Below, piece by piece: positions 1-11,028 of a stretch of 64,000 bases of DNA; the first letter of the stretch is position 1, and the number at the start of each line of letters is the position of its first letter. A model generated the notes under the pieces. That model was given only the letters and a program-made list of their open reading frames with translations, was not told the DNA's origin and searched no databases. The stretch comes from Octopus vulgaris. Its lineage: Eukaryota. Made by a program: the position numbers and the translations under genes. The stretch is from NCBI GenBank assembly GCA_951406725.2, contig OX597825.1:86366001-86430000 (forward strand). The letters are read 5' to 3'.

Positions 1-254
1 GGGGTGGGTGGATAAAGGGAGAGAGAGGTTGTGTTAATACTGTTAAAGTATTTTAGTCTGAATTAGGTGCATGTGTACCAGAGTACATTATCCTCCCATG
101 GAGTTTGTTTTGTGTTAAAGGATTGATTAATCAAAATATATGACTAAGGACTTAACTGTTGAAATTTCAAGTTTCCTGAGATTCTTCTCAAAAGATACAT
201 CTCACCTGTTCTCTGGATTAGGCTTAGATATTTCATAAATATTGGTACAGTCAA

Positions 255-365
255 AGAGCGTTGGATAGAATGCCTTTTAGTTGTTTTGACTCTATGCATT
301 TTGAGTTCAATTTCTGCCAAAATCAACTTCAATTTTTATCCTTTGGGGATAAAAAGGTACCACTT
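255..365 (+). mobile_element. Degraded SINE family B fragment
   Basis: GAGTTCAATTTCTGCC...CAACTT...ATCCTTTGGGGATAAAAAGGTACC resembles the fuller family B copies at 6221 and 26636. Confidence 0.6.
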
Positions 366-1773
366 TGATGAAGCGTACCAATCCATGGTTCTGGATGGTA
401 GAACTGCAACAACATTGATCTGGATGCATTATTTTTCAAAGAAACCTACTTGGGTGTAGAGTTTAATTTGTTGCTTGGTTTAACACCAACATCTGGCACT
501 TTGAGCGCTTTTAGCAGAGTCCTCTCAGATGCAAGCATTTGGGCTGGGTCTCTGGTTTGAATATACCTTCCTCCCCACCTCCTACAAAACCTCATGGGTA
601 CCATCTTCACTTTTGCTCAAAAGATAAAAAAAAAAATAAAGATTGTTAGGTACAGAACGCAGTGTTGATTTATTTAGTAAACATCGACTGTTGTTGTGTG
701 CAGTGGAAATAGTTTCAAAGTAGAACTGTTGTGAAAGGGAGAAAAATAATGTTTTTACTGTAGCATGTTTTAAGATGCTTTGAGGGTTCATGTATTCTGT
801 GGAGTTGTTTCATTTACATTCACTCTGACAAAAAAAAATCTCTAATTGATAAGACTTTCTTAGACAAGTATGAAATAAAGGGCTTTTCCAAGGCCACTTT
901 TGTTGTATGTCAAAATGAAATATTTTTGGACTGGATTTGTAGTAACCATCTTGTAGACTGATTCAATTTGTCTGCCCTCTGCTAATCCTTGCTCACTTTA
1001 TCAAGAACTTAACAATAACCTTGGGTCTAGTAGTGCAGCCAGGTTCTAAAGTTAAGAGGAGCAAGCGCATAAAAAGAAAAATGGCACTGTGACACATACC
1101 AAACAATTTTTACCTCACTTTGTTATATTACGTGAAATATTTCATTAGTTCTAATATATGTAATTGTATTTTACATTCATTAATTTCATGTTTCAGTAAC
1201 AATGCCATCGTGTATGAAACTTACAGATACTGATATAGGTGTGATGTGAAAAAGATGAAACTCCATGGAATTGTCCAGTGTCAAGAGGTTTTGATGTCAG
1301 GGTTTGTGTTGGTTCTTCAGATGTCAGCACCACCAATGAATGCATCACAAGAGATTGAGCAGCAGTTCGAAAACATGGGAGGTTGGTCAGATAAAGTAAT
1401 GATGCCAAAAAGTTATTCCAAGGCCATGAGAATTTAAAAAAAATAGAAAAATGAGATTTGACTTTTAATGCACAAGTGAACTAAAGAATTAGAAGGAATT
1501 GTTGAAAAATTTTGAAAAACCTGCTCAATAGTAGTTGCTCCAATATTAGCTATGTTGTTGCTTGAGTCAGATCTGTTTTTGTAGACTGAGAAAGGCATTC
1601 TGGTTGAGACTGTACCATTCTTTATTCTGTCTTTGACCAAGAAACGTGGTTTCTAATACAGTTCCAAAACCTGAAATAGAAAGTCCAGGAAATTGTTTCT
1701 ATGTGGCGTGCAGCTGTTCTTGAGCAAATTTGTAATTAGTTCATAAAATAATTGAACATTTTGTGTGTGTTTA

Positions 1774-2075
1774 CATGATTGTGGTAAGAAGTTTGCTTTG
1801 CAACTACATGGAACCTTGGGCAAGTGTCTTTTACTATAGCCTCAGGCTGACCAAAGCCTTGTGAGTGGATTTGGTAGATAGAAACTGAAAGAAGCCCATC
1901 GAGTGTGTGTGAGTCCCACTACCACTTGACAACTTAGCAGTTTAGCAGGAGAGACTGACAGAATAAGTAACAGGCTTCAAAAAAAAAAAGTACTTGGGTT
2001 GATTTCTTTGACTAAAATTCTTCAACATGGTGTCTCAACATGGCTTCAGTCTGATAACTGAAACAAATAAAAAAT
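1774..2075 (+). mobile_element. tRNA-headed SINE family A (head + TG linker + tail type 1)
   Basis: TGTGGTAAGAAGTTTGCT...CCTTGGGCAAGTGTCTT...ACCAAAGCCTTGTGAGTGGATTTGGTAGA...GAATAAGTA...GAAACAAATAAA. The same sequence recurs at 19671, 25375, 39648 and 41968. Confidence 0.85.
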
Positions 2076-2851
2076 ACATATGTATGCTCGCATGCATTGT
2101 GTGTGGGTTTGAGTATTAAAGAATTCCACAAATTTCTCTTTAATTAGTATATTAATGTTAAGGTCAGGCAGTGGTAGGGTAAGAGCCCATTCTTTTGTGA
2201 ACACCTGACTCACATTTATATCCAGTGTTGTCATTGATGTTCAAAATTATAACATTTTTCTCATTCAATAATACACATTCCAAAATGTGGAGACTGTATA
2301 TATGTTGGATTGTTTGTACTAGTTTTTGTTATAAATGTAACAGTGTATATATTAGTATTAATCGTGAGGAGACCCTTGACTAATTTGGCATTGTAGTATA
2401 CTGTCAAATGGTTACCTCACAGATGACTGTAGGGTTGTCTAGCTCAAAAATTCCAATGGCATTCTCTGCACTCCTAGTTCAGGTCATGCTGATGTCAACT
2501 TTGCCTTCCATCTTTTATGGACGTCCTTGATATCGTGATAAAATCATCCTACAATCAGTGTCATTAATTTCCAACCATTTCTGAAAACATGTCTGGCCAT
2601 GGGAAATATTACACTGCTTAGAAACATGTGAGAGTTGGGAAAAAAGGAAGGGTGTCCGACCATAGAAAAATCTGCTCCAACATCCTCCACCTGCCTCATA
2701 CAAACATAGAAAGGTGGTTGATCAGATGATGAGGATAAAGATTTTACACACACACACACACACACTGTGTGTGTAGAATATGTATTAAATCCAAATGCTT
2801 TGTTTCTACTAGATCTGTGACAGTTTAATACAACCTCTAGAGAATAAGTAA

Positions 2852-2942
2852 CCCTTTAGCATTCAGATTACTCAGTCAGATGTAATGCTTATTTATTCAC
2901 ATTGCTTTGAATCAATCATGCATTATGTTGTACATTTGAGAT
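2852..2942. mobile_element. One end of a piggyBac-like MITE (CCCTTTAG terminus)
   Basis: CCCTTTAGCATTCAGATTACTC matches the terminus of the complete copies at 35114 and 45395. Confidence 0.65.
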
Positions 2943-3094
2943 AGACATGGACAAATCTATATGTAGCCATGTGTGTGTGTGTGTAGAGCTTGAAGAATTA
3001 TGGATTGTTCCGACTGGCTATTTATAACAATTCTTCAGAGAACACTTACATGCCTGTTCACTTACTAGGCAAAGAAGCATGACAGTGTTAAAAA

Positions 3095-3225
3095 ATCTAC
3101 TTCCCAACTGCACAGTTTTGAGTTCAGTCCCACTGTATGGCACCTTGAGCAGCTGTCTTATACCACTGTTCGAAGTTAACTAAAGCTTTTAAGTGGATTT
3201 TGTAGATGGAAACTAAAAGAAGCCA
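3095..3225 (+). mobile_element. SINE family A head fragment
   Basis: CTTCCCAAC...GAGTTCAGTCCCACTGTATGGCACCTTGAGC...GTGGATTTTGTAGATGGAAACT. Confidence 0.75.
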
Positions 3226-4171
3226 ATTGTTTGGTGCATATGTGTATGAAATCTTATGTTTCATATTCTGGTTGAAAACATTTTGTACACTAACTATTCT
3301 CTGAGATTTTATTTGATATATTAATCTTATGAAGGTAAAACTCTGTTCATAATTTTGACTAAGATGGTGACAGCACTGTCTACACACACATATTGTTATT
3401 GAGTGACCTGCAGCCCCTATGCAGTAGCTCAACATTCTAAAAATAGCTGCCAAATTTCCTTTGGAAAGAAAAAGAGAATCCATTAGACAATGTCATCTTA
3501 GATACACTAAGTCTGGATTAAAAAAAAAAAAGAAGAAAAAAAAGATGGTCTTGTCTAGAATGCCTCTGATTATATATCTATTGTAACAGATCTGACCTGC
3601 ATTAGAGTCCAGGTGATGAATTTTGGTGGAACCTGTCATCAAATATTTCTGTCAGGTTGTTAGTCTATTGCAGGTAATGTTTTTTGCACAAATAATTGCA
3701 AGTTTATACTGTCAGACAAATAGTACCACTTGCCAATTTTTACTGTTCTTCGGTAGATTACAACAGTGAATTATTATACTCGCCTGCAACATCTAAATGG
3801 TGGTTTCTGTTTTTAAGAGTTAAGTATCTAGGCCACCGACATAGACTAGTGTCAAGGATAAATGAAGTAAGCAGACTCACTTGTCTGCTTACTTAGATTA
3901 TTTTCTCATCACCACCACATGGTACTGTGGTCTAGACACATGTTTGTTGCTGTTGTTGGCTACGTCACTACATGTTGATTTTCAAACATATGGTTCGCTG
4001 TTGCCTACATGGCCACATGCTGCTGCTCTTAAAACACAAGTTTATTTTTGTGATTGTTGGCTACATGTTGCTACATGGCTACAAGTTGTTCTGCATTGCA
4101 GTGGAAACCTATGTATTTTATTTTAGTTTAATCATGATTCTCATGTGAAAAAAAAAAATGCTCTTCTCAAA

Positions 4172-4345
4172 TTGTTGTTGAACCCCAGGTTAAACTCAAT
4201 TGAACAGACCTATGGTCAAAGGATTTTAATCGTGACTACCTCTACATATCTTTTTAAGAGAATGTCTCAGAGTACAATGTGGTAAGGTGTAATTTGAGGG
4301 AGATTTTGTTGCTATTTCTAGCCAATTGAGCTGCTATGTAGAAGC
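4172..4345. repeat. Interspersed repeat family D (unclassified)
   Basis: CAGACCTATGGTCAAAGG...TTTGAGGGAGATTTTGTTGCTATTTCTAGC. Similar sequence occurs at about 24515, 33103, 51700 and 58420, and inverted at about 3420 and 5295. Confidence 0.7.
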
Positions 4346-6220
4346 TTTTTCGTTACCTCATTAATCTATTCTCACTGAAGTCAACAGCATAATTTTCTTC
4401 ATTCTCTCCACCTCTCCTTCCCCTCTCTCTTTCTCTCTGAAAAAAAAACCCCAAAAACAAAAGAAAGAAAGAAACAGTTCTTTATTGTATTTAATCTAAA
4501 CCAACATTGTACTTTAAGAAAATAGCTCAGCTTTTGTGATTGTTATCTCGTTTTTGTGGCTCCTGTTCATCCATTTTTCAAATTGTCTTTAGATAGGAGT
4601 CTCTCGTGTGGAAAGAATTATTGCGCATACACGTGTTTGCGTATATATGTGTGTGTGTGTATTTATATGTAGATGTATGTATGTTTATATTTGCTTCACA
4701 TATACACACGCATAAACTCTTTGATGCTAAGGAAGAACTAAAAAGAAGTGAGGTAGAAAAAATCTGTTTCACTACTTTGATAAACTCAACATTCTGATTT
4801 CTTTAGAATTTTCTGCACCATTTTATTTCCTTTGTACCTGTTTATCTTGGGTATTTTGGAGCTTTTCAGCTACCAAAGAACTCGTTCTTTGCTCTATAGT
4901 TTGAGCATTATGATGCTATATACATTGTGTAGGTTTTTTTTTGGTTTTTTTTTACTTGAATAAGGTATCTTTATACTTTTAATACATCGGTTACCAGTTT
5001 ACTTCTTTAGGAAAAGCGAAAAAAAAAAAAATTAAATAACAAATTCTCAAGTGTTGTAAAAGATATTTTCAAGAAGAAAGGAAATTGTAAATTCTAATCT
5101 TTTTTCTTCTGTACTCAAAAATTAATATTGTTTTTTAAGATTAGCATTACGCCATTGATACTTGGGAAAGAGGTAATATTTGATTGAGTTGAGCCCTAGT
5201 GCTTGCCTATATAATTTAATACTGCATCTGCTTTTCATGCATTTCTTGCCTGGCATAATTGTTAGAAATCATTATTAGCTTGAGCCTATGAAGGAAACCT
5301 CTGTGTAGCTGTTCAGCCTGGCTGAAATTGCAGCCAAAGCTCCCTCAAAGCACACCTATATCTGTGCATAGATATTGTACCTAAGTAACTAAATCTTCCT
5401 TTCTTCAGGTACAATGTTTATTTATTTTAATATAATCATTGCATATTTTGATTCAGTTTTTATATATATACCCACAGATTACATATCTAGCAGTTCCATC
5501 TCTCATTGTCATCCATTTGATCTTATTCCTAGATGTATACATAGTCGGAGACTGGATTAGAACTTGGAATCTTTATTTCTTAACTAAAAAGCCTAACAGA
5601 TAGCAACATTATTAACCTTTCTTTAGAACTAAAGGTTCCTCAGTGAAATCCAGTCAAAGACTATGTAGACATACCCACGGCTGTGTACCCCTGATAACAA
5701 GATCAAACTGATTGAAATGTAGAGAAGATGTAAATATTAAAATAGTTTTTGTGTCCAAAGATGAAGTTAATCAATAGTCTGAAAAAATTATAATTTCATT
5801 AACAAACGGATCATCTCCGATATTTAAATCTTTGTCTTAATTTCACAAATTATATCTTAAATTTCTTAAGGTATAGCATGAAAATAACATTTTAATTCAG
5901 ACTGTTTCCTTGTAAATAAATCAATAATCTTCATTGTTATTGCAGTTTTAGAACATGTCTTTGATTTCATCATTATCATTGTTGTTCTTATTGATATTCC
6001 TATTGCTATTGTAGCCTCTATCTTCATTAGCAATTTTATATTTATTATACTTGCTCAAAACATTTTGGAGTGACTTGGTTTGAATTTTAATTTCTGCTGC
6101 TTATTGTACGATTACTGTGTATGCTTTGGGTGTGTGCATTATTTTCATTTCATTTTCCATTTCCTATTGAATTGAAAATATTTTATTTGTGTAATATTTC
6201 ATAATATTATATTTTGCTTA

Positions 6221-6441
6221 GAGGCAGCAAGTTGGCAAAATCGTTAGCACAGCAGGCAAAATGCTGAGTGTCATTTTGTCTGTCTTTATGTCCTGAGTTC
6301 AAATTTCATCAAAGTTGACTTTGCCTTTCACCCTTTCTGGCTCAATAAAATAAGTACCAGCTGAGTACTGAGGTTGATGTAATCAACTTATCCCCTCCCC
6401 CAAACTTGCTGGCCTTGTGCCAAAATTTGAAACCAATATTA
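6221..6441 (+). mobile_element. tRNA-like-headed SINE family B
   Basis: TGGCAAAATCGTTAGC (A-box-like), GAGTTCAAATT (B-box-like), central GACTTTGCCTTTCA...ATAAAATAAGTACCAG, and an AT-rich tail. More than ten copies or fragments are in the window. Confidence 0.85.
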
Positions 6442-6479
6442 TATTTTGTTTGTTTGTAGTACCTCAGTACTATATTTTG

Positions 6480-6568
6480 TATGTGTGTGTGTATATACAA
6501 TATATATATATATATATGCATATATATATATATATGCATATATATATATATATATATATGTATTCATA
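6480..6568. repeat. (TG)n/(TA)n microsatellite
   Basis: Direct reading. Confidence 0.95.
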
Positions 6569-6635
6569 TGTCTTGATGTTTAGGTTATGTATTTGTCTAG
6601 TTTTAATCCTTCCTCCAAAATGAGAAATTATTATT

Positions 6636-7070
6636 AAGGTGACAAGCTGGCAGAATCGGTAGTATGGCGAGTGAAATGCTTAGTGGTATTTTGTTTGTCT
6701 CCTCTGTGTTTAGCCTCTTGTGGGTAGTAAAGAAATAGGTATTTTGTTTGTCCTTATGTTCTGAGCTCAAATTCTACCGAGGTTGACTTTGCCTTTCGTC
6801 CTTTCAAGGTTGATAAATTAAGTACAAGTGAAACACTGGGGTCGATGCAATCAACTAACCTGTCTCTTTCCCTCAAAATTGCTGGTTTGTGCCAAAATTA
6901 GAAAGCATTGTTGTTATTATTGAGTTCAAATTCCATGGAAACCAACTTTCATCCTTTTGGCGGGGGTGGGTGGGTGATAAAATAAGTACCAGTTGAAGAC
7001 TGGGGTCAATATAATTGACTAGCCTCCTCCTCCTCCAAAATTTCAAATTTTGTGCCTGTATTAGAAAGGA
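6636..7070 (+). mobile_element. Two tandem family B SINEs (one full 6636-6910, one 5'-truncated 6921-7070)
   Basis: AGCTGGCAGAATCGGTAG head. The GAGTTCAAATT / CTTTCATCCTTT / ATAAGTACCAGTTGA / CTGGGGTC module is present twice, each time ending in an (ATT)n-like tail. Confidence 0.85.
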
Positions 7071-7085
7071 TATTATTATTATTTA

Positions 7086-7598
7086 TGAGTGAGAGAGCAG
7101 TGCATGCCATCAAAGTGACATTGGGGCAAAATATATGAAGCCCATTATACCCATCATGACTACCCATCTGATAAGGGTACATCAGGCACATGCATCACAA
7201 CCATATGCGCATGACATGGTGATCTCATATCAAGATAAACAGCGCATGACCTTGCAGGTGGGGCCCAGTTAGAATTTTCTTCTGGTCAAGTAGGCCATCC
7301 TACTCAAAAGGTCCTTGAATAAGGGTTGTTTAAGGACGATGAATGAAACACCCATGTTTCCAGAGGTGAATTATTCAAACCCCAAAGAATCCCTCTCAAC
7401 ATATGGCTATGATGCTCCCCCACTACTTCTGCTCATAATCAGAGATGCACATATTGTCAGTCACCAAGGGACATGCTCAAACAACTGACAAGCAAATCTG
7501 TGGTACTGAGCAGGATATTTGCTGTAGCTCATCTTTTATAAGACAAAACTGTACATGATAACACAATGAAGCTCAGAAGCCATGAGAGTCACTGCCTG
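7086..7598. mobile_element. Unclassified non-coding interspersed element of about 510 bp between ATT tracts
   Basis: Higher-GC, complex block bounded by (ATT)n at 7071-7084 and 7599-7640, with no convincing ORF. I recall it as a common octopus repeat (unverified); only one copy is in this window. Confidence 0.55.
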
Positions 7599-7641
7599 AT
7601 ATTATTATTATTATTATCATTATTATTATCATTATTATTAT

Positions 7642-8400
7642 AGATGTCACACAGTATACAATACTGTGAGGTTGTTGATTGAAGTTATTGTACCTACCAG
7701 GGGTTTGTACTGTTTGCCAAGTCACAACAAGGACCTCAGACAGACAGAATACTTTATGCAATATGTGTGCAGTTCCAAGGAATGCTGACTTTTGCAATAC
7801 ATTTAGATTGTAGGGTATCTCTAAGGACTTCAGATGTTTTTTTCAGATTGAGTGTTATTGAACCCAGTGCTCTGATGACAACAGGGATAACTTTCATGTT
7901 TGACTGCCGTAGCTGCCACATCTTAGCAATCTCAATTCTCAGGTCTCCATATTTATCAACCTTTTCTCTTTCTTTCATGATGATAAGTTGATCTCCTGGC
8001 ACTGCTGCGTCGATTATTAGGCACTCGTTTTTCTCCCTCCTAAAGGTTACTCTATCTGGCCTTCGGTGCTCTAATACTTTGTCTGTCTGGAAATCAAAGT
8101 CCCAGAGGATTTTTGCCTTCCCCTTTTCGTCCATTACCTTTTCTGGTGTATGTTGGTACCAAGCACCTGTAACCTCATATCCATACTTATGGCATAGTAG
8201 CCAATGGAGGTTTTGGACTACCTTGTCGTGTCTACGCTTTTACCCTTTCTGCGCAAGACTTTCACAAGCACTAACAATGTGAGTCTCACTTTCAACCCTC
8301 TTCCCACACATTCTGCAGACGTCCAATGCACTTGAATGGTATATATTCTTTTTCACTGAGTTGGTATTCAATTCCTGGGCTGCATTGATTAGGCTTTCAG
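7642..8400 (-). mobile_element. 5'-truncated non-LTR retrotransposon with restriction-like endonuclease (R4/Dong-like), pseudogenised
   Basis: Minus-strand translation: ESLINAAQE..CRMCGKRVESETHIVSAC (CCHC knuckle)..G*KRRHD..LHW..ILWDFDFQTDKVLEHRRPD..CLIIDAAVPGD..EKVDKYGDL..VIPVVIRALG, then frameshifted LQKSAFLGTAHIL. The 3' end runs into (TAA)n. Confidence 0.9.
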
Positions 8401-9346
8401 GATTCTGGCCACGATAAAAGGATTATTCAATAACAATCAAAAGAAATTATCATATTTTATTACTGAAAGCAGAGTGATAGAAACAGCAGAGCACCATAAA
8501 CTATCTTTAAAAAATTATTGAAGTTAAGTCCTGCCGAGGTCAACTTTAGTGGATTTGATAAAATAAATTCTAGTTAAAACAGTAATCTAGTAACACAGTA
8601 ATCTGGTTACTATAGCAACTTGTTTAATTTTACCTATGTTAAAACACACTAAATATAAACAATAAAATGAAAGATCTTTTGTGCCACTAACATATTAATA
8701 TTTGATTGGCTATCAACTATTTAGAAGCCATTAATGTAATGTCATTAAAAGAGAGCAGGGCAGAACTTGACCACTGAATGACCCCAAACACAAAGAACTA
8801 TTTTTAGATGAAATCATTGATAATTGTATTAAATAGGATGACATTATCCAGATGGTGTCCGCTGGGGACCCTGTGTGTGTGAGGTGGGGTGGGTGGAGGT
8901 GGGGTGGGTAGTGTGTCAACAAAACAAGCAGAATTCTTGCTCTTATCTGGAAGATTAACAAAGGTTTAGGCTTGGAGATGATCTATACTGTTTGATTTAT
9001 ACTCATTAAACAGATGATGGTGGTGGTGGTGGTGGTGTTTTAATCATGTCTCTATGAATAATTATTTTATGTACTTTATGAAATTATATTGTTAAATATT
9101 TCAATATACTCCCAAATTAATATAGTTGTATATTTTATATGAAACAGACATAAAAGCAAAGAGACTATATTTTCAATGTCTCATCATTGAACAGATAGAT
9201 GGCCCTTAACACATTATCTGTTGTTTTGTCATTTCAAATTATATTAGAAATATAATTGAGTTAGTATTTATTACCTTATCATCTCAGCCAATTTCATCAA
9301 TATTTCAAACAACACATAAATGCTGAGGATTAAAAAAATTCAACTT

Positions 9347-9632
9347 CGTTTCTCTCTCTTTCTTTCTTTGTTTCTCTCTCTCTTTCTTTCTTTGTTTCTC
9401 TCTCTCTATCTTTCTTTGTTTCTCTCTCTCTTTCTTTCTTTGTTTCTCTCTCTCTTTCTTTCTTTGTTTCTCTCTCTCTATCTTTCTTTGTTTCTCTCTT
9501 TCTTTCTTTGTTTCTCTCTCTCTTTCTTTCTTTGTTTCTCTCTCTCTTTCTTTCTTTGTTTTTTCCCCTCTTTCTTTCTTTGTTTCTCTCTCTCTTTCTT
9601 TCTTTGTTTTTTCCCCTCTTTCTTTCTTTGTT

Positions 9633-9663
<31 letters not shown>

Positions 9664-9664
9664 T

Positions 9665-9707
<43 letters not shown>

Positions 9708-9764
9708 CTCTTTATTTCTCTCTTTCTTTCTTTGTTTCTCTCTCTCTTTCTTTCTTTGTTTTTT

Positions 9765-9823
<59 letters not shown>

Positions 9824-10012
9824 CTCTCTCTCTCTTTCTTTCTTTGTTTTTTCCCTCTTTCTTTCTTTGTTTCTCTCTCTTTCTTTCTTCGTTTCTCTCT
9901 CTTTCTTTCTTTGTTTCTCTCTCTCTTTCTTTCTTTGCTTCTCTCTCTCTCTCTCTTTCTTTCTTTGCTTCTCTCTCTCTCTTTCTTTGTTTATCTCTCT
10001 TTCTTTGTTTTT
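9347..10012. repeat. Compound polypyrimidine satellite, (TTTC)n/(TC)n with a higher-order unit of about 22-24 nt
   Basis: Repeating TTTGTTTCTCTCTCTCTTTCTTTC-type units. This tract produces the spurious K/E/R-rich and F/L/S-rich ORFs. Confidence 0.97.
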
Positions 10013-10260
10013 TACATTCAAAATAAAAGCACAAGTTTAATTCTTTTCCTTAAGACTCTGTGATTTGGCAATCAGCATGTGAACCAACAGTCAGTATGTG
10101 GTCCATTGAAGAAAATATCTTACAAACTACAGAATTTTCTCAAGAAAGCCAAGAGAAAAAGATGTTTTATAAACACATTATATTAGTATATGAAGTTTAA
10201 ATTTTTTTAGTTACATGGAAATTATTTTAAAAATCTGCCAGTCAAAGCGAAAAGATCTGA
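10013..10260. repeat. Interspersed repeat shared in inverted orientation with 15880-16010
   Basis: TACATTCAAAATAAAAGCACAAGTTTAATTCTTTT..AGACTCTGTGATTTGGCAA..CAGTATGTGGTCCA is the reverse complement of about 15885-15975. Confidence 0.8.
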
Positions 10261-10279
10261 AGAGAAAATGCTGCTCAAG

Positions 10280-10425
10280 AACTCAGCTGGTACTCCTTTT
10301 CAGCTGAGTAGACATGGAATGAAGTGCCTTTCTCAAGGTCACATCATGTAACTGGACCAAGCACTGAATCCATAACCTTATGATTCTCAGGCCAACAACC
10401 TAACCACAAGGCCACCACCTTCCAC
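10280..10425 (-). mobile_element. Degraded tRNA-headed SINE (related to 17605-17805)
   Basis: CAGCTGAGTAGAC..GAAGTGCCTTTCTCAAGGTCACA..CCTAACCAC..GGCCAC..TTCCAC parallels the copy at 17605. Confidence 0.55.
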
Positions 10426-10593
10426 AAGGGAATTATAGATCGATCTAGTTGATGTGGACCTTAAAAAATTGGAAGCAGACTCTCCAACCAAGTGTTTTCA
10501 ATTTGTTGAAAGAATAAGCCAGTATATGTGATGGGAATATGTGGCTGCTACAGGGACATCAAGAATTTCTGATGGCTAAAGTTTGTTACAGAA

Positions 10594-11028
10594 TACAGTT
10601 CTATATTTAAGAGATGAGGAATTATGTACATTATTTACATTTGATGAATATTTGTCCTCATCTTGTTTGTTGTTAACACAACATTTCAGCTGATATATCC
10701 TCCAGCCTTCAACAAATTTCAAACCTGGGTTCTCATTCCTAAGGTATTTTTCGATATATTTATTATTATTATTAATATCATTATTCAGTTCACTGCCTGG
10801 AATCGAACTCGGAATCTTGGGGTTAGTAGCCTGCGCTCTTAACCACTATGCCATTATTAATAATAACAATAATAACATCGAAAAATGCCTTAGGAATGAG
10901 AACCCAGGTTTGAAATTTCCCCAAGACACCTGATGAAGGCTGGAGGATATATCAGCTGAAACATTGAGTTAACAACAAACAAGATGAGGGCAAATATCCC
11001 TCGAATGTGAATATGCAAATAATGTAAA
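10594..11028 (-). mobile_element. tRNA-headed SINE with Penelope-like, hammerhead-motif tail and inverted partial tail duplication
   Basis: 12-bp direct repeat TTTGTTACAGAA at 10582-10593 and 11029-11040. Minus-strand A box TGGCATAGTGG (10843-10853) and B box GAGTTCGATTCC (10799-10810). Inverted arms at about 10627-10777 and 10855-11026. Confidence 0.85.
10925..10970 (+). ncRNA. Minimal type I hammerhead-ribozyme-like motif (decayed copy)
   Basis: ACAC-CTGATGA(10930-10936)-A-GGCTG-loop-CAGCT-GAAAC(10958-10962)-ATT-GAGTT. Stem II is GGCTG/CAGCT. The other arm reads GAAATGTTGTGTT, so the ancestral form is inferred as GAAACGTTGTGTT. Confidence 0.6.

Noticed and set aside
1197-1437. Possible exon after TTTCATGTTTCAG and a 63-aa ORF
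   Set aside because: Donor is weak and the peptide is not recognisable; it could equally be decayed transposon sequence.
3656-3673. 18-nt AG..GT microexon (VVSLLQ)
   Set aside because: Poor pyrimidine tract; expected by chance in 64 kb.
9305-10063. Long ORFs of 102-247 aa on both strands (K/E/R-rich, F/L/S-rich)
   Set aside because: They are translations of the (TTTC)/(TC) satellite, which lacks stop codons by composition.
10790-10854. tRNA gene
   Set aside because: A and B boxes are present but there is no proper acceptor stem, and it sits inside a TSD-bounded element, so it is a SINE head.
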